64,000 nucleotides of DNA, from the NCBI GenBank assembly GCA_963783385.1, contig CAWANJ010000001.1, forward strand, positions 416,001 through 480,000, in the 5' to 3' direction. Each line of letters opens with the position of its first letter. The first letter of the stretch is position 1. The translations under genes and the position numbers were made by a program. Source of the DNA: an uncultured Gemmatimonadales bacterium. GTDB taxonomy: Bacteria > Gemmatimonadota > Gemmatimonadetes > Palauibacterales > Palauibacteraceae. Shown here one piece after another: positions 22,500 through 33,340 of this stretch. The notes below the pieces were generated by a model, which was given only the letters and a program-made list of their open reading frames with translations, did not search any database and had not been told where the DNA came from.

Positions 22500-23345
22500 T
22501 CAGGCGACCCTGCCCGCGAGGGCTTCCAGTCGCCGGACGCGCTCGTCCGTAGGCGGGTGGGTCCGGAACAGGCTCGCGAACGCGGCGCCCCCACCACGCA
22601 GCGGGTTCACGATGCACAGGTGGGCGGCGGCCGGGTTGACGCGCATGGGCGTGCGCTCGGCCTCGCGGTCGATGCGCTCGAGGGCGTGGGCCAGGTCCAT
22701 GGGTCTGCCGGTAATGCGGGCGCCGCCCGCGTCGGCCCGGAACTCGTTCTGCCGGCTGACCGCCATCTGGATCATCATGGCGGCCAGCGGGGCCAGCACC
22801 AGCATGAGGATGCCGCCCACGGCGCCCAGACTCCCGCGGTTCCGGTCGCCTCCCAGGAAGAAGCCGAACCGGGCCAGCATGACGATGGCGGCGGCCATGG
22901 TGGCGGCCACGGTTCCGATCAGCATGTCGCGGTGCTGGACGTGGGCGAGCTCGTGCGACAGCACGCCGGCCAGCTGGTCGCGATCCAGCGTGCGGCGGAT
23001 CCCCGTGGTCACGCACACAACCGAGTGCTCCGGGTTCCGGCCGGTGGCGAACGCGTTGGGCTGGTCGTTCTGCACGACGGCCAACCGGGGCATCGGGAGG
23101 CCGGCCTTGCGGCGGAGCTCGTCCACCAGGTCGAAGAGCTCGGGATCCTGGTCGCGCTCGATCGGCTGCGCCCGATACATGCGCAGCACCGCCCGGTCGC
23201 TGAACCAGTAGCTCCCCACGTTGAACAGGGCGGCGAACACCAGCGCCCCCACCATCCAGTTCGTGCCGCCGAAGTACCCGGCAATGCCGGCGAGCAGGGC
23301 CGTGAGCGCGGCCATCAGCCCGAAGATCTTGATGTAGCTGGTCAT
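22500..23345 (-). CDS. htpX: Zinc metalloprotease HtpX (M48)
   Basis: PNAFATGRNP, HELAH, SRQNEFRAD and THPP motifs. Confidence 0.93.
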   Translation of the reverse strand: MTSYIKIFGLMAALTALLAGIAGYFGGTNWMVGALVFAALFNVGSYWFSDRAVLRMYRAQPIERDQDPELFDLVDELRRKAGLPMPRLAVVQNDQPNAFATGRNPEHSVVCVTTGIRRTLDRDQLAGVLSHELAHVQHRDMLIGTVAATMAAAIVMLARFGFFLGGDRNRGSLGAVGGILMLVLAPLAAMMIQMAVSRQNEFRADAGGARITGRPMDLAHALERIDREAERTPMRVNPAAAHLCIVNPLRGGGAAFASLFRTHPPTDERVRRLEALAGRVA

Positions 23346-23529
23346 GACTCCCTCTCGTGCTCTTCGCTCACGGCTCCTCGCGCCGTTCCACCTCCATGGT
23401 CCACGACCGGCGCGGCCCGGAGCCCTCGCGTCGCCCCACTCCTACCCTCGGCGCCGACCGGTGCTCCGGCCGTGGACAGGCCGCCGGCGGGGCGCTCGGG
23501 CCGCCTGACTGCGGGGACGTGCCCCCGGC

Positions 23530-26500
23530 TCAGAAGCTCCAGTCCCGGAACAGGAACAGCCCGTACAGCTGCTGCTGGTCGAGCGTGGAGCTCGTGATGC
23601 GCGCGACTTCCTGGTTGAACCGATACTGCATCCGGGCCTCCAGCGTCCAGTGCTGGAGGAAGCGCCAGCTCAGCGTGCCCTCCGGGAGGGGCAGCCCCAG
23701 CGGGTAGGTGACCGTGAGGAACAGGCTCGGACTCAGGTAGACGCCCGCCTCCACTTCCGTGGCGCTCAGGAGGGACGACTCGCCGCCGCTGCCGATTCCC
23801 TGGCCCACGGGCGTGCGACGAATATCCAGATAATCGAGCGGCGACTGACCGACCAGCAGCGACGAGAGCTCCGAGCTCACCTGTCCCAGGAGCTGCTCGC
23901 TGGCCAGCTGCCCCGCGAAGCTCCCCTGCTGGCCGTAGGCCCCGGTGGCGGCGCACGGCCGGTTGAACAGGAGCACGCACACCTGGTCGGACTGGCTCAG
24001 GCTGGGCTCGCTGGACAGCGTGAGCTGAGGCTGCAGCATGGTGCCCGATACGTGGGCCGTGACCGTGAGGGCGCCCTGCTGGGTCTGGACCTGGCGCTGG
24101 GCCGTGATGTCCAGGTTGGGGTTCACGCCGGGCGTTCCCACGAACGCGATCGTGCCCTGCGTGATCTTGAGCTGGCGGGAGTACAGCTCGCCCACCCCCC
24201 CCAGGGTCGTCGGCGTCCAGGTATAGCTGCCGCGCACGAGCTGCACCGGGCCGTTCAGGGTGAGGTCCCCCTGGCTCCGGTCCATCCGGATTTCCACGTC
24301 GCCCGAGATCTCCACGCTCATCTGCTGGGAGCGCACCCACAGGTTCGGACCCACGGTGGCGCTGAGATCCATCTTCAGGTTCTGGAGGAAGGGGTTCTGG
24401 GCCGCGGCGATGAGGCGGCGCTCGGACAGCGTGGTCGTGTCGATGAGCGCGTACAGCTGGGGGTCGGTGAGATCCACGACCTGCTGCTGGCGCAGGAACT
24501 CCTGGAAGCGCACGGTGCCGTCGGACACCCTCACCTTGCCGGTGACGGTCGGCCGCCGGTAGGTCCCGGCCAGGTGGATCGTTCCGTCGAGGTTGGCGGA
24601 GGCCTTGCGTCGGTCGATGGCATGCAGGCCGTGCGCCACCAGATCGAGGTCGAAGCCGGGGTCGGTCGGATGGACCAGGTCGACCGAGCCGCTGAGGCTG
24701 CCGCTACCCTCGTCCTGGGAACGGAACCGGAGGCTGTCCAGGATCGCCTTCGTCCCCTGGAAGCGCACCCCGCCCCCGATGCCCACGTAGCGCGTGCCGA
24801 GATCGGGAAGGGTCGCGGCGCCGTCGGCCAGCCGCACGGCCCCGGAGAGGTCCAGCCGACCGGGACCGCCCTCAATGCCGACCTGGCCTCGGGCCATGCC
24901 CTGCACCGACCGGAGGCTCGAGAAGGGCGCCGCCGCCAGCTCCAGCGGCAGACTGTCGGCCCGGACTCGCAGGTGCAGGAGATCGTCCGGGAAGCGGTCA
25001 CCCCGCGCCGCCAGCGCCAGGTCCCCGGCCACGTCGCCGTCCAGCGAGGCCAGCGTGTCGGCCGGCCCGGACAGGGTCGCCTGCACCCGGGTGGACCGAT
25101 CCTCGTAATGGAAGGTCCCGCCGATCCGGTGGTAGGCGTGCCCGTCGACCTGGGGGCTGTCCACCGCCACCGTCGCGTCCATCACGGGCGCGCTCCCCGT
25201 GCCGCGCACCCGCAGCGAGGCCGTGAGCCGTCCGGTGGGGACCGGGCGGAAGGCGAGGAAAGTGGCGACGTTAGCGATCTCGACCCGCCGTACGTCCAGG
25301 TCGAAGCGGGCGGCGCCCGCCGTCGGCACCGCGCCGTCGGCACGGATGCTCCCGCCGGCCGCTCCGGTGAGGACCATGGAGTCCACCGAGAGGCCCGAGT
25401 CCCCCCAGACGATCCTGGTCGGATGCTCCAGACGGATCCGCTGGGTCCCTAAACCCAGGTCCAGGCTCCGAAGCGCCACGATCGTCCGCTTCCTGGTCCA
25501 GTCGAGTCCCGCCTGCAGGTCCACCCTGGCCGACGTGTCCCGCCGGGCGCTCAGCTGGACGTCGGCCTCGTGGGCGCCCCGTCGCGCGACCCGGACCGAG
25601 GCCGAGTCGATCGTGAGCTCGCCGCGGCGCACCGCCCACACCTGGCCCCGCACGACCATGGAATCCAGGGAAGTCGCGCTGGTAACGTCCAGGGTGAGGT
25701 CCGCCGAGTCGGCGGAGATCGCCCCGTACCCCGGCTGCCGTGCGGTCACCGACCCCCCGAAAGCGAAGGCCTCCAGGTTGCCGTACACGACGCCGCGCGC
25801 CATCAGCGAGCCGGCGAGCGTGTCGGGCAGGGCCGGCCCGGCTTCCTGGCCGACGTCGGGCGCCCCTCCGCCGCCGGGGAACTGGGCCAGGAGGTCTTCG
25901 GCCGACGTGTCCGCCGACACGGGCCCGCGGCCCGGCACGATCCACCGGTTCCAGCGCGTCAGGTCCGGGGCCTCGATGTCCAGGATCAGCGACCCGCTGC
26001 GGTCCTTCGCCAGGCCGAAGGCCCCGCGCCCCCGCACCTGCCCCACGTCGGTCTGGATCGCGAAGGTGTCCGCGGTGGCGAGGCCGTTGCGCACCTGGAA
26101 GCGCAGCAGGCTGGAATCGACGCGTGCCCCCGCGAAGGTCGAGGGCAGGACCTCGAGGTCGAAGGTCGCCTGCAGGTCGGCCGGGTCGGTCCCCTCGCCC
26201 TGCACGCGTCCCCGCACGGCGAGCCGGGTGTCCGGAGCGCCCTTCATCCACTGACGCAACTGGAGGTCCCGAGCCGTGAGCTGCGCGTCGTAGCGGCGAC
26301 GCGCCGCCACCAGGTCGAAGCGGCCGTCAAAGGTGAGGTGCCCGCGCGGTGTCCGAAGGTCGGCTCGCGCCTGGAGGTCGCACAGGCAACCGTGTGCCTC
26401 GATCGGTCCGCGCACCACACCGACCAGGTCGAGCTTCGGGAAGTACGGGTCGATCACCGATAGGGAGAGCGGCTGAGCCTGCAGGGTCACGTCCACACGG

Positions 26501-28056
26501 GCCGTGTCCGCCAGGTCCACGCCGCCACGCGCGATGACGTGGGAGGTCGTGTCGCCCGGAACGCGCTGCGTGAGGTCCGCGGTGAACTGGATGTGACGGC
26601 CCACGACCCCATCGAGGGTGGCGCTCCCCGAGAGGCGGCCCAGCTGCCGGGTATCGAACCCCAGCACCCTCATCCACCGGGGCGAGAAGTCGTCGAACTC
26701 CAGCTTCAGGGCGCCGAGCTTGCGCGGCTCGACGAGGCCCATCGCCCCATGCAGGGTCAGCTTCGAGGGCGGCCCGGCGCCGCTGTCGGCCGCCGGGAGC
26801 GGACGGAAGCTGAGCTGCCCGTCCATGCCCAGGAGGTCGATGGGCCCGGAGCCCCGGACACGCCCCGACACGAGTCCGTCGATGGCCGTCGGGCGGTCCA
26901 GGAGCCGATCCACCAGGGCCAGCCGCAGGGGCGTGACCTCGACGTCGTAGGAGGCCAATCGCGGCGTGTCCCCGACATGCAGCTCGAAGGACCCGCGCAG
27001 TCGGGACTCCCCCGTGCGCATGTCCCCGTCGTGCGCCTCCACCACCGGGACGTCCCCTACCGAGCGCACCACCAGGCGCACCGGTCCCCCGCCGCTCCGG
27101 GGCACGGGGATCGGGAGCCACTGCAGGTCCGCGAAGCCCAGGGGGTCGGCATCCAGGTCGAACCGGTAGGACAGGGGGCTGGACGGGACGACCCACCCCC
27201 GTCCCGACAGCTTCGACTCGGACGTCTCGATGTCGGCGATGCGAACGTGCACCGAGTCGCCGAACTCGGCGCTCCCGGTGAAGGTGCGCACGTCCAGCGG
27301 CTGGCTCACGGCCGTGAGCCGGGCCGCGATCCCGTCGAGCTCCAGCCGCATGGGGCGACGCGGGTCGGCCAGCCTCACGAGGGGCATGCCTCCGCGCACC
27401 GAGTCCGCCCGGAACTCCTGCTCGGGCCGCCCGTCCGGGCCACGACGGATGTTCCAGATGGCCTGCCCGGCCAGGGCGGCCCGCAGGACGCTGTCGGCCG
27501 CCGCCCCGCGCCTGCCCGAGCTCCAGGGCTGGACCACGTCGACCGTGCCGTCGGCCACGTACGCGTCCGTGACCAGGACCCGGGTCCCGCCGCCGGAGCC
27601 GGCCGACGACGTCGTGTCGGACCCGATCGCGAAGATCCGCTGGAAGTTCCAGCTCCCGCTCGTGTCCTGCACCATGTCCAAAGACATACGTCCCACCTGC
27701 ATGCGCCTCAGGTGGTAGCTGCCGGTGAGGAAGCCGAGCGGGTTGTACTCGACGCGCACGTCGTCGAGCTCGAGGAAGGGCGCGCCCGTCGAGTCCGAGA
27801 TGAGGAAGCTGGCGACGCGGACCCGGGTGAGGAGGTTGCCGCCCGTGATCGGCCCGATCCGTATCCGGCCGTGGACGGTTCCGCTCAACACGCGCTCGAG
27901 GCTCGAGCGGATGACGTCGCGCCCGGTGGCGGTCTGGGTGAACACGAGCACGCCGCCGGCCGCCGCCATGAACGCCAGACCGGCCAGGAACACGCCCACC
28001 CGCGCCGCGTGGGCCAGGACGCGGCCGACCCGATCCCGGAGACGTCCCTTCGCCAT
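23530..28056 (-). CDS. tamB: Translocation and assembly module TamB
   Basis: N-terminal signal anchor and long beta-taco repeats; C-terminal DUF490-like region (F.GTPGVNP.LDITA, GTMLQPQLTLSSEPSLSQ); adjacent to an Omp85 gene. Confidence 0.85.
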   Translation of the reverse strand: MAKGRLRDRVGRVLAHAARVGVFLAGLAFMAAAGGVLVFTQTATGRDVIRSSLERVLSGTVHGRIRIGPITGGNLLTRVRVASFLISDSTGAPFLELDDVRVEYNPLGFLTGSYHLRRMQVGRMSLDMVQDTSGSWNFQRIFAIGSDTTSSAGSGGGTRVLVTDAYVADGTVDVVQPWSSGRRGAAADSVLRAALAGQAIWNIRRGPDGRPEQEFRADSVRGGMPLVRLADPRRPMRLELDGIAARLTAVSQPLDVRTFTGSAEFGDSVHVRIADIETSESKLSGRGWVVPSSPLSYRFDLDADPLGFADLQWLPIPVPRSGGGPVRLVVRSVGDVPVVEAHDGDMRTGESRLRGSFELHVGDTPRLASYDVEVTPLRLALVDRLLDRPTAIDGLVSGRVRGSGPIDLLGMDGQLSFRPLPAADSGAGPPSKLTLHGAMGLVEPRKLGALKLEFDDFSPRWMRVLGFDTRQLGRLSGSATLDGVVGRHIQFTADLTQRVPGDTTSHVIARGGVDLADTARVDVTLQAQPLSLSVIDPYFPKLDLVGVVRGPIEAHGCLCDLQARADLRTPRGHLTFDGRFDLVAARRRYDAQLTARDLQLRQWMKGAPDTRLAVRGRVQGEGTDPADLQATFDLEVLPSTFAGARVDSSLLRFQVRNGLATADTFAIQTDVGQVRGRGAFGLAKDRSGSLILDIEAPDLTRWNRWIVPGRGPVSADTSAEDLLAQFPGGGGAPDVGQEAGPALPDTLAGSLMARGVVYGNLEAFAFGGSVTARQPGYGAISADSADLTLDVTSATSLDSMVVRGQVWAVRRGELTIDSASVRVARRGAHEADVQLSARRDTSARVDLQAGLDWTRKRTIVALRSLDLGLGTQRIRLEHPTRIVWGDSGLSVDSMVLTGAAGGSIRADGAVPTAGAARFDLDVRRVEIANVATFLAFRPVPTGRLTASLRVRGTGSAPVMDATVAVDSPQVDGHAYHRIGGTFHYEDRSTRVQATLSGPADTLASLDGDVAGDLALAARGDRFPDDLLHLRVRADSLPLELAAAPFSSLRSVQGMARGQVGIEGGPGRLDLSGAVRLADGAATLPDLGTRYVGIGGGVRFQGTKAILDSLRFRSQDEGSGSLSGSVDLVHPTDPGFDLDLVAHGLHAIDRRKASANLDGTIHLAGTYRRPTVTGKVRVSDGTVRFQEFLRQQQVVDLTDPQLYALIDTTTLSERRLIAAAQNPFLQNLKMDLSATVGPNLWVRSQQMSVEISGDVEIRMDRSQGDLTLNGPVQLVRGSYTWTPTTLGGVGELYSRQLKITQGTIAFVGTPGVNPNLDITAQRQVQTQQGALTVTAHVSGTMLQPQLTLSSEPSLSQSDQVCVLLFNRPCAATGAYGQQGSFAGQLASEQLLGQVSSELSSLLVGQSPLDYLDIRRTPVGQGIGSGGESSLLSATEVEAGVYLSPSLFLTVTYPLGLPLPEGTLSWRFLQHWTLEARMQYRFNQEVARITSSTLDQQQLYGLFLFRDWSF

Positions 28057-28057
28057 G

Positions 28058-30248
28058 CTAGAAGGCCTGTCCGATAGCCAGGTGGAGCTGCAATCGACGG
28101 AGGAACTCGGTGAAGCCGCTGGGATTCCCCTCCGTGTACGGATCGTACAGCACCTTCTGGTCCAGCTCGCGCAGGGCGTTCCCCATCGGCCCCACCTCGG
28201 CCACCACCGGCAGGCGCTGGGCGCTGATCGGGTTGTAGGCCACGTCGAGCCGCACGGGGCCGACCGGGCTGGTGTAGCGGATGCCCACGCCCGGGGTGGC
28301 CACCGGCGCCACCGGCCGCGTGATGTCCTTCCACACCTGTCCGGCGTCCAGGAAGGCGACCGCCTGCCAGCTCGGCGAGAGGCGGGCTCGGAGCTCGAGG
28401 CTGACCTCGAAGGCCGCGTCCCCCCCGGTGGGCCGCTGGTCGAAGGCGCTCGTCTTTAGGCCCTGGACGCACGCGTCCAGCGGGGTCGAGGGACAGCTCG
28501 CCATCGAGTCCACTACGAGCACCGTGGGACCGAGCAGGTTCTGGCCAAAGCCCCGCACGCTCTGCGCGCCACCGCCGAAGAAGCGCTTGCGGGGATGGAC
28601 CACGGGCTCGCCGCCCACTCCCCCGGAGAACACGCGCCCCCCGGTGGGCTCCACGAAGCCGGTGCGGATGCGGGCGGCGAGCACGATCCCCGGAGTCACC
28701 TGCTCGAAGTCCGCGCCGTTCACATTGAACCGGACGTAGTGGTAGTCGGAGCCGGTGGGCGTGCCGGCCCCCTCGAGGTCGAGCGTCAGGTAGTAGCCCG
28801 CCGTCGGGGAAAACGGATTGTTGCGGCGGTCGTAGCTCCAGGAGACGGCGACCGGCGAGAGCCACCGCGACTCGGCCAGCACGTCGATGTCCCGTGGCTG
28901 ACAGAAGCCGAAGTTGATGCAGAAATACACGTCGGCCGAGCGCTGCGCGAAGCTCGTCAGCTCGGGCCGGAAGGTGAGGACGAGGGGCATGCGGCGGCGC
29001 AGCCGCTTGGTCAGGGACAGCTCGCCGCCCTCGCTCTTGCGGACGAAGATGCCCGGCACCGTCTCCCGCTCGATGAACAGGGACGTCGACAGGCTGTTGT
29101 GGCCGGAGAAGAAGTAGGGCTGATCGAGCCGCGCCTCGAGATGGTAGTTCAGCTTCTGGAACACGGGCACCGAGTCGACGGCCGAGCACGGGAAGCTGCC
29201 CCCAACCTGCCGGGCCAGCAGGTTGGAGAGGCGCCCCTGGACGGTGAGCTGGCGCGCCCCGCCCAGGAAGTTACGGTGCGTGAAGCTGGCCTGCGTCTGG
29301 AAGCAATCCAGCGTCGTCACGCCCACACCGGCTCGCACGGAGCGCGGTTTGGCCGGTGTGACGTCCACGATCACGTCCACGAGGGTGTCGGAGTCCGTCC
29401 GGGGCTCGGCGTGGATGTTGGCGAAGCGGATGGCCGGCAGGTCGTACAGGTCGCGCTGGCTCTCCAGGATCCGCTGCTCGCTGAAGTAGCCGCCGCGGCC
29501 GAAGTCGAGGAAGCGGCCCACGACCTCCTTACCGATCGAGCCCGCGCCCTCGATGCGGACGTCCCCGATGCGCTTCCGCGGCCCCGGCTGGATGCGCAGC
29601 GTGAGATCGGCCACGTGCGCGTCCGCGGGAAGGAAGTACTCGTCGAGCACTGCCGCGTCCGTGTAGCCCTGGTTGTGGAGCCGGGTGGCGATGGCCTGCT
29701 TGCCCTGGTCCATCTGGACCAGGTTGAAGGGGTCACCCGGCTCGAGGGGAAACGACTTCCGCACGTCGACCGAATCGAACATTCGACGGCAGCCCCCGGA
29801 TGTCCAGGGACCGCAGGCGAGTGGGGGGGCCCTCCTTGATGTCGAACCGGATCGAGACCTTCGAGTCCATCCGGTGCACGACCGTATCCACCTGGACCTC
29901 GCGGTAGCCCCGGGCCCGGTAGTAGAGGCGCAGGCGGAGCAGGTCGGCCGGCAGCGCGTTGGGGTCCAGGTAGGCCCGGTTCTTGACCAACCCCCAGTCG
30001 GTCAGGGGACACAGCGGGAGGATCTCGAAGATGATCGACCGGCAGTGCGTGGCCTGGGTGCTGATCGCGGCGGACAGGTCGCCGTCGGAGAAGGCGTAGT
30101 TGCCCTCGAAGGTGAGCGACACGACCTCTCGGTCGGCCGAGATGACCTGGGCGCGCGCGCCGGAAGCACACACGGCGACGGCTACCGCCGACAGGAGCGG
30201 AACCGCCAGCCTCCATCGCCGGAGGCCAGGTGCGACGCCTCCCCTCAC
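28058..30248 (-). CDS. tamA: Omp85 family outer-membrane protein (TamA/BamA-like), apparent frameshift near 29783
   Basis: Signal peptide and POTRA1 (FEGNYAFSD, YRARGY) in ORF 29733; further POTRAs and barrel with RFFGGGAQSVRGF, GIRYTSPVGPVRLD and C-terminal IGQAF in ORF 28058. Confidence 0.85.
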
Positions 30249-30454
30249 CGATCCTCGTCCGCCGGTCCTCCGGCCTGACGGTCGGGGGCGAGTCGGCGCC
30301 CGGAGGGGGCCGGGGTCCGCGACCGGTGCGGCAACTCCTCCCTGGCGAACCAGATGCGCGCCAGATACATGGTCACCAGACCCGCCGCCACGCCCGCGCC
30401 GACGGCCAGGAGCTGGTCGGCCAGCGACAGGGGGCCACGTCGCGACCGGCTCAT
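30245..30454 (-). CDS. Small single-TM hypothetical protein
   Basis: MSRSRRGPLSLADQLLAVGAGVAAGLVTMYLARIWF; overlaps both neighbours by NTGA. Confidence 0.65.
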   Translation of the reverse strand: MSRSRRGPLSLADQLLAVGAGVAAGLVTMYLARIWFAREELPHRSRTPAPSGRRLAPDRQAGGPADEDR

Positions 30455-31305
30455 GCCTCCTCCACCGTGGGAGCGTGCGTCCTGTCGAGCCACACGTCGG
30501 GCCGGGTGGCGAAGCGGTGCTCGCTGTGGGGCCAGAATCCATGGCCCTCGTCACGCCACAGATAGTGGGTCACGTGGATCTCCTCCCGGTCGACCGCAAT
30601 GTAGTTCAGGCTGTTGGCGAGACGCTCGCGCCCGCGACCACGCGCGGAGGTCGTGGTGCCGCACTGCACGACCACGATGCCCTCTTCCCGACTCTCTCCG
30701 GGAAAGAAGTCGAGCGAGTCTCCGACGTAGGCGCGATGCATGTGGCCGGCCAGGATGAGGTGCACGTCCAGGGACTGGAACAGCCGCAGGGCCCGGCGGG
30801 CCCCCGGCATCACGTGATCCCGGGCGAAGTCCGGGGGCGGCGCCAGGTGGTGGTGGGTGACCACCACGCGCAGGTCCCCGCGCGGCGAAGCCTCGAGCGC
30901 CTCGCTGGCGAATTCCAGCTGGCGCCGGGTGAGCCGACCGTTGGAGAGGGTGAAGGTGCGGGTCGAATTGAGCGACACGATCGTCATGCCGGGCAGGGAA
31001 TGCACGGCGTCCAGGCGATCATCGATGTAGCGGCGGTACAGCCGGTAGGGAGACAGGAAGCGTTCGTGGATCCGGTACAGGGGCACATCGTGGTTTCCCG
31101 GCGTCACCACCAGGGGCGCCTCGAACTCCGCCAGGTAGGCGGCCGCCGCCTCGAACTGGGACTGGCGGGCCCGCTGGGTGAAGTCCCCGCTCACCACGAT
31201 GACGTCGGGACGGCCGCGCTCGGCCAGCCGCCGGACCGCTTCGGCGCGGTCGCGCAGGAAGGGTGAGCCGAAGTGGAGATCGGAAACGTGCAGGATCTCA
31301 GGCAT
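30451..31305 (-). CDS. Calcineurin-like metallophosphoesterase (CpdA/Icc-like)
   Basis: SDLHFG, SGDFT, PGNHD, THHH and GHMH motifs. Confidence 0.9.
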   Translation of the reverse strand: MPEILHVSDLHFGSPFLRDRAEAVRRLAERGRPDVIVVSGDFTQRARQSQFEAAAAYLAEFEAPLVVTPGNHDVPLYRIHERFLSPYRLYRRYIDDRLDAVHSLPGMTIVSLNSTRTFTLSNGRLTRRQLEFASEALEASPRGDLRVVVTHHHLAPPPDFARDHVMPGARRALRLFQSLDVHLILAGHMHRAYVGDSLDFFPGESREEGIVVVQCGTTTSARGRGRERLANSLNYIAVDREEIHVTHYLWRDEGHGFWPHSEHRFATRPDVWLDRTHAPTVEEA

Positions 31306-32188
31306 GCGCGGCCGGACCCGACTTCCCCTCCGGTCCCGCGGTCCCGGAAGCCGGGGCCGCCTCCGGCTCGCTCCGGCCGCCGAGCCGCACCCACAGCACC
31401 GCGCCGAGGGCGATCAGCGCCACGGCGATGACCTGTGCCGTGGTCAGGGGCCCGATGAACCGGTCGTCCTTGGCCCGCCAGATCTCGATGAGGAAGCGCT
31501 CGATCCCGGTCAGAACGAGATAGACCGCGAACAGCCTGCCGGCCTTCCAGGGCCGCTTCCGCCAGCGCCACAGGAAGAAGAAGATGATCAGCGACGCGAC
31601 AGTCTCGATGGGCTCGGTGGGAATCACCTTGAGCAGCGCGTGGTCGGGCGTGCCGAGGGGGATGTGGGCTCCGAAGTCCGCCCGCAGGTTGCCGGCCGTG
31701 GTGGGCGGGGACCCCTTCGGGAACGCGATCCCGATCCAGGACGTCGTGGGCCGGCCGTAGTCGTCCCCCACCAGGAAGCAGCCGATGCGGCCGAGCCCGT
31801 AGCCCAGGGCGAGAGCCGGAGCCACCAGGTCCGCCCCCCGGGCGATCGGATAGCGCCGGCGGCGCAGGAACCACAGGACGGCCAGCGCCCCCCCGATGAA
31901 GCCGCCGTACCACACGAGCCCGGCCCGCGAGAGCAGCATGCTCCCGGGCGCCGCCACGGTGACTCGCCAGTGGAGGGCCAGGTAGTAGAGCTTGGCGCCC
32001 ACCAGGCCGCCGATGAGGGCGGCGACCATGATGTCCCCGGCCAGGTCCTTGTCGTCGTTCAGCTCGCCGAGCCGGACGCGCATGACCCGATGCGCCGACA
32101 GGAACGCGATGACCATCATCGCGCCGAACGTGGTGATCGTCACCTCGCCGAACACCGGCAGGTGAAGGTGGACGAGCGTCGGGTGCAT
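31298..32188 (-). CDS. lgt: Prolipoprotein diacylglyceryl transferase
   Basis: GLVWYGG, GRIGCFLVGDDYG and ERFLIE motifs. Confidence 0.92.
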   Translation of the reverse strand: MHPTLVHLHLPVFGEVTITTFGAMMVIAFLSAHRVMRVRLGELNDDKDLAGDIMVAALIGGLVGAKLYYLALHWRVTVAAPGSMLLSRAGLVWYGGFIGGALAVLWFLRRRRYPIARGADLVAPALALGYGLGRIGCFLVGDDYGRPTTSWIGIAFPKGSPPTTAGNLRADFGAHIPLGTPDHALLKVIPTEPIETVASLIIFFFLWRWRKRPWKAGRLFAVYLVLTGIERFLIEIWRAKDDRFIGPLTTAQVIAVALIALGAVLWVRLGGRSEPEAAPASGTAGPEGKSGPAAHA

Positions 32189-32197
32189 GGAGCCTCC

Positions 32198-33340
32198 TCA
32201 GATGGTCGCTGCGGTCCGGGCCTCCGACCCGCTGCCGGACCCCGTGGAGTCTACGCTCCACGCCTCCCGGACGGGCTCCAGGCCCGGGAAGGGCAGGGAC
32301 GGATCGGCGTTGAGATCGAGTCCGCTGCGGTCGCCGCGCTCCAGCCGCCACGCCGCCACGCGGGCCACCATGGCACCGTTGTCGGTGGCGAGCCGCGGGG
32401 AAGGCACGAACAGCTCCCCCTCCCGCCCCAGCGCGCCTCGAAGCCGCTCGGCCAGCGCCCCGTTGCGGGCCACGCCACCGCCCAGCAGCACGCGCTGACA
32501 GCCCGTGGCCCGCACCGCCCGCAGCGTCTTGTGGACGAGCACGTCGAGCACGGCCGCCTGGAACTCGGCGGCCAGGTCGGGCACGGCCGATTCCAGGCCC
32601 TCGGCGCCCCCCGAGGACTCGATCTCCTCCACCACGAGAGCCACGGCCGTCTTGAGGCCGCTGAAGGAGAAGTCGAAGGCGGCCGGATCGTCGTCGGGCG
32701 CCGACGGGTCCAGCATGGGTCGTGGAAGCTCGAAGCGGCCGGGCGACCCGCGCGCCGCCGCACGCTCGATGGCCGGTCCGCCCGGCCAGCCGAGGCCCAG
32801 GCGCCGCGCCACCTTGTCGAACGCCTCGCCGGCGGCGTCGTCGCGCGTCTGGCCCAGGAGCTGGTACCGGCCCCACGCCCGGGCCAGGAGCAGCATCGTG
32901 TGGCCTCCCGATACGAGGAGCGCCACGAAGGGCGGCTCCGCGTCGGGATTTTCGACCGAGTTGGCGAACAGGTGGGCCTCCATGTGGTGCACACCCACCA
33001 GGGGGAGGCCGAGGCCGAACGCGAACGCCTTGGCCCAGTTCACGCCCACCAGGAGGGACCCCACGAGGCCCGGTCCCGCCGTCACGCCCACGCCGGCGAG
33101 GTCGTCGGCCGTGCGCCCCGATCGTTCCAGCGCCGCCGCCACCACGCGGTCGAGCTGCCGCAGGTGGGCGCGGGCCGCGATCTCGGGCACCACGCCGCCG
33201 AAAGCGGCGTGGGCGTCCTGCGTGGCGATGACGTGGCCGAGGAGCCGACGCTCCTCCATGACGGCCGCCGAGCATTCGTCGCAGGAGGACTCGATGCCGA
33301 GCACCGGGCCCCGGGGAAGGTCCCGCTCCCCCACGCTCAT
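32198..33340 (-). CDS. tsaD: tRNA N6-adenosine threonylcarbamoyltransferase
   Basis: GIESSCDE, GGVVPEIAARAH, HHMEAH, VSGGHT, DDAAGEAFDK, FSFSGLKT and DNGAMVA. Confidence 0.96.
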   Translation of the reverse strand: MSVGERDLPRGPVLGIESSCDECSAAVMEERRLLGHVIATQDAHAAFGGVVPEIAARAHLRQLDRVVAAALERSGRTADDLAGVGVTAGPGLVGSLLVGVNWAKAFAFGLGLPLVGVHHMEAHLFANSVENPDAEPPFVALLVSGGHTMLLLARAWGRYQLLGQTRDDAAGEAFDKVARRLGLGWPGGPAIERAAARGSPGRFELPRPMLDPSAPDDDPAAFDFSFSGLKTAVALVVEEIESSGGAEGLESAVPDLAAEFQAAVLDVLVHKTLRAVRATGCQRVLLGGGVARNGALAERLRGALGREGELFVPSPRLATDNGAMVARVAAWRLERGDRSGLDLNADPSLPFPGLEPVREAWSVDSTGSGSGSEARTAATI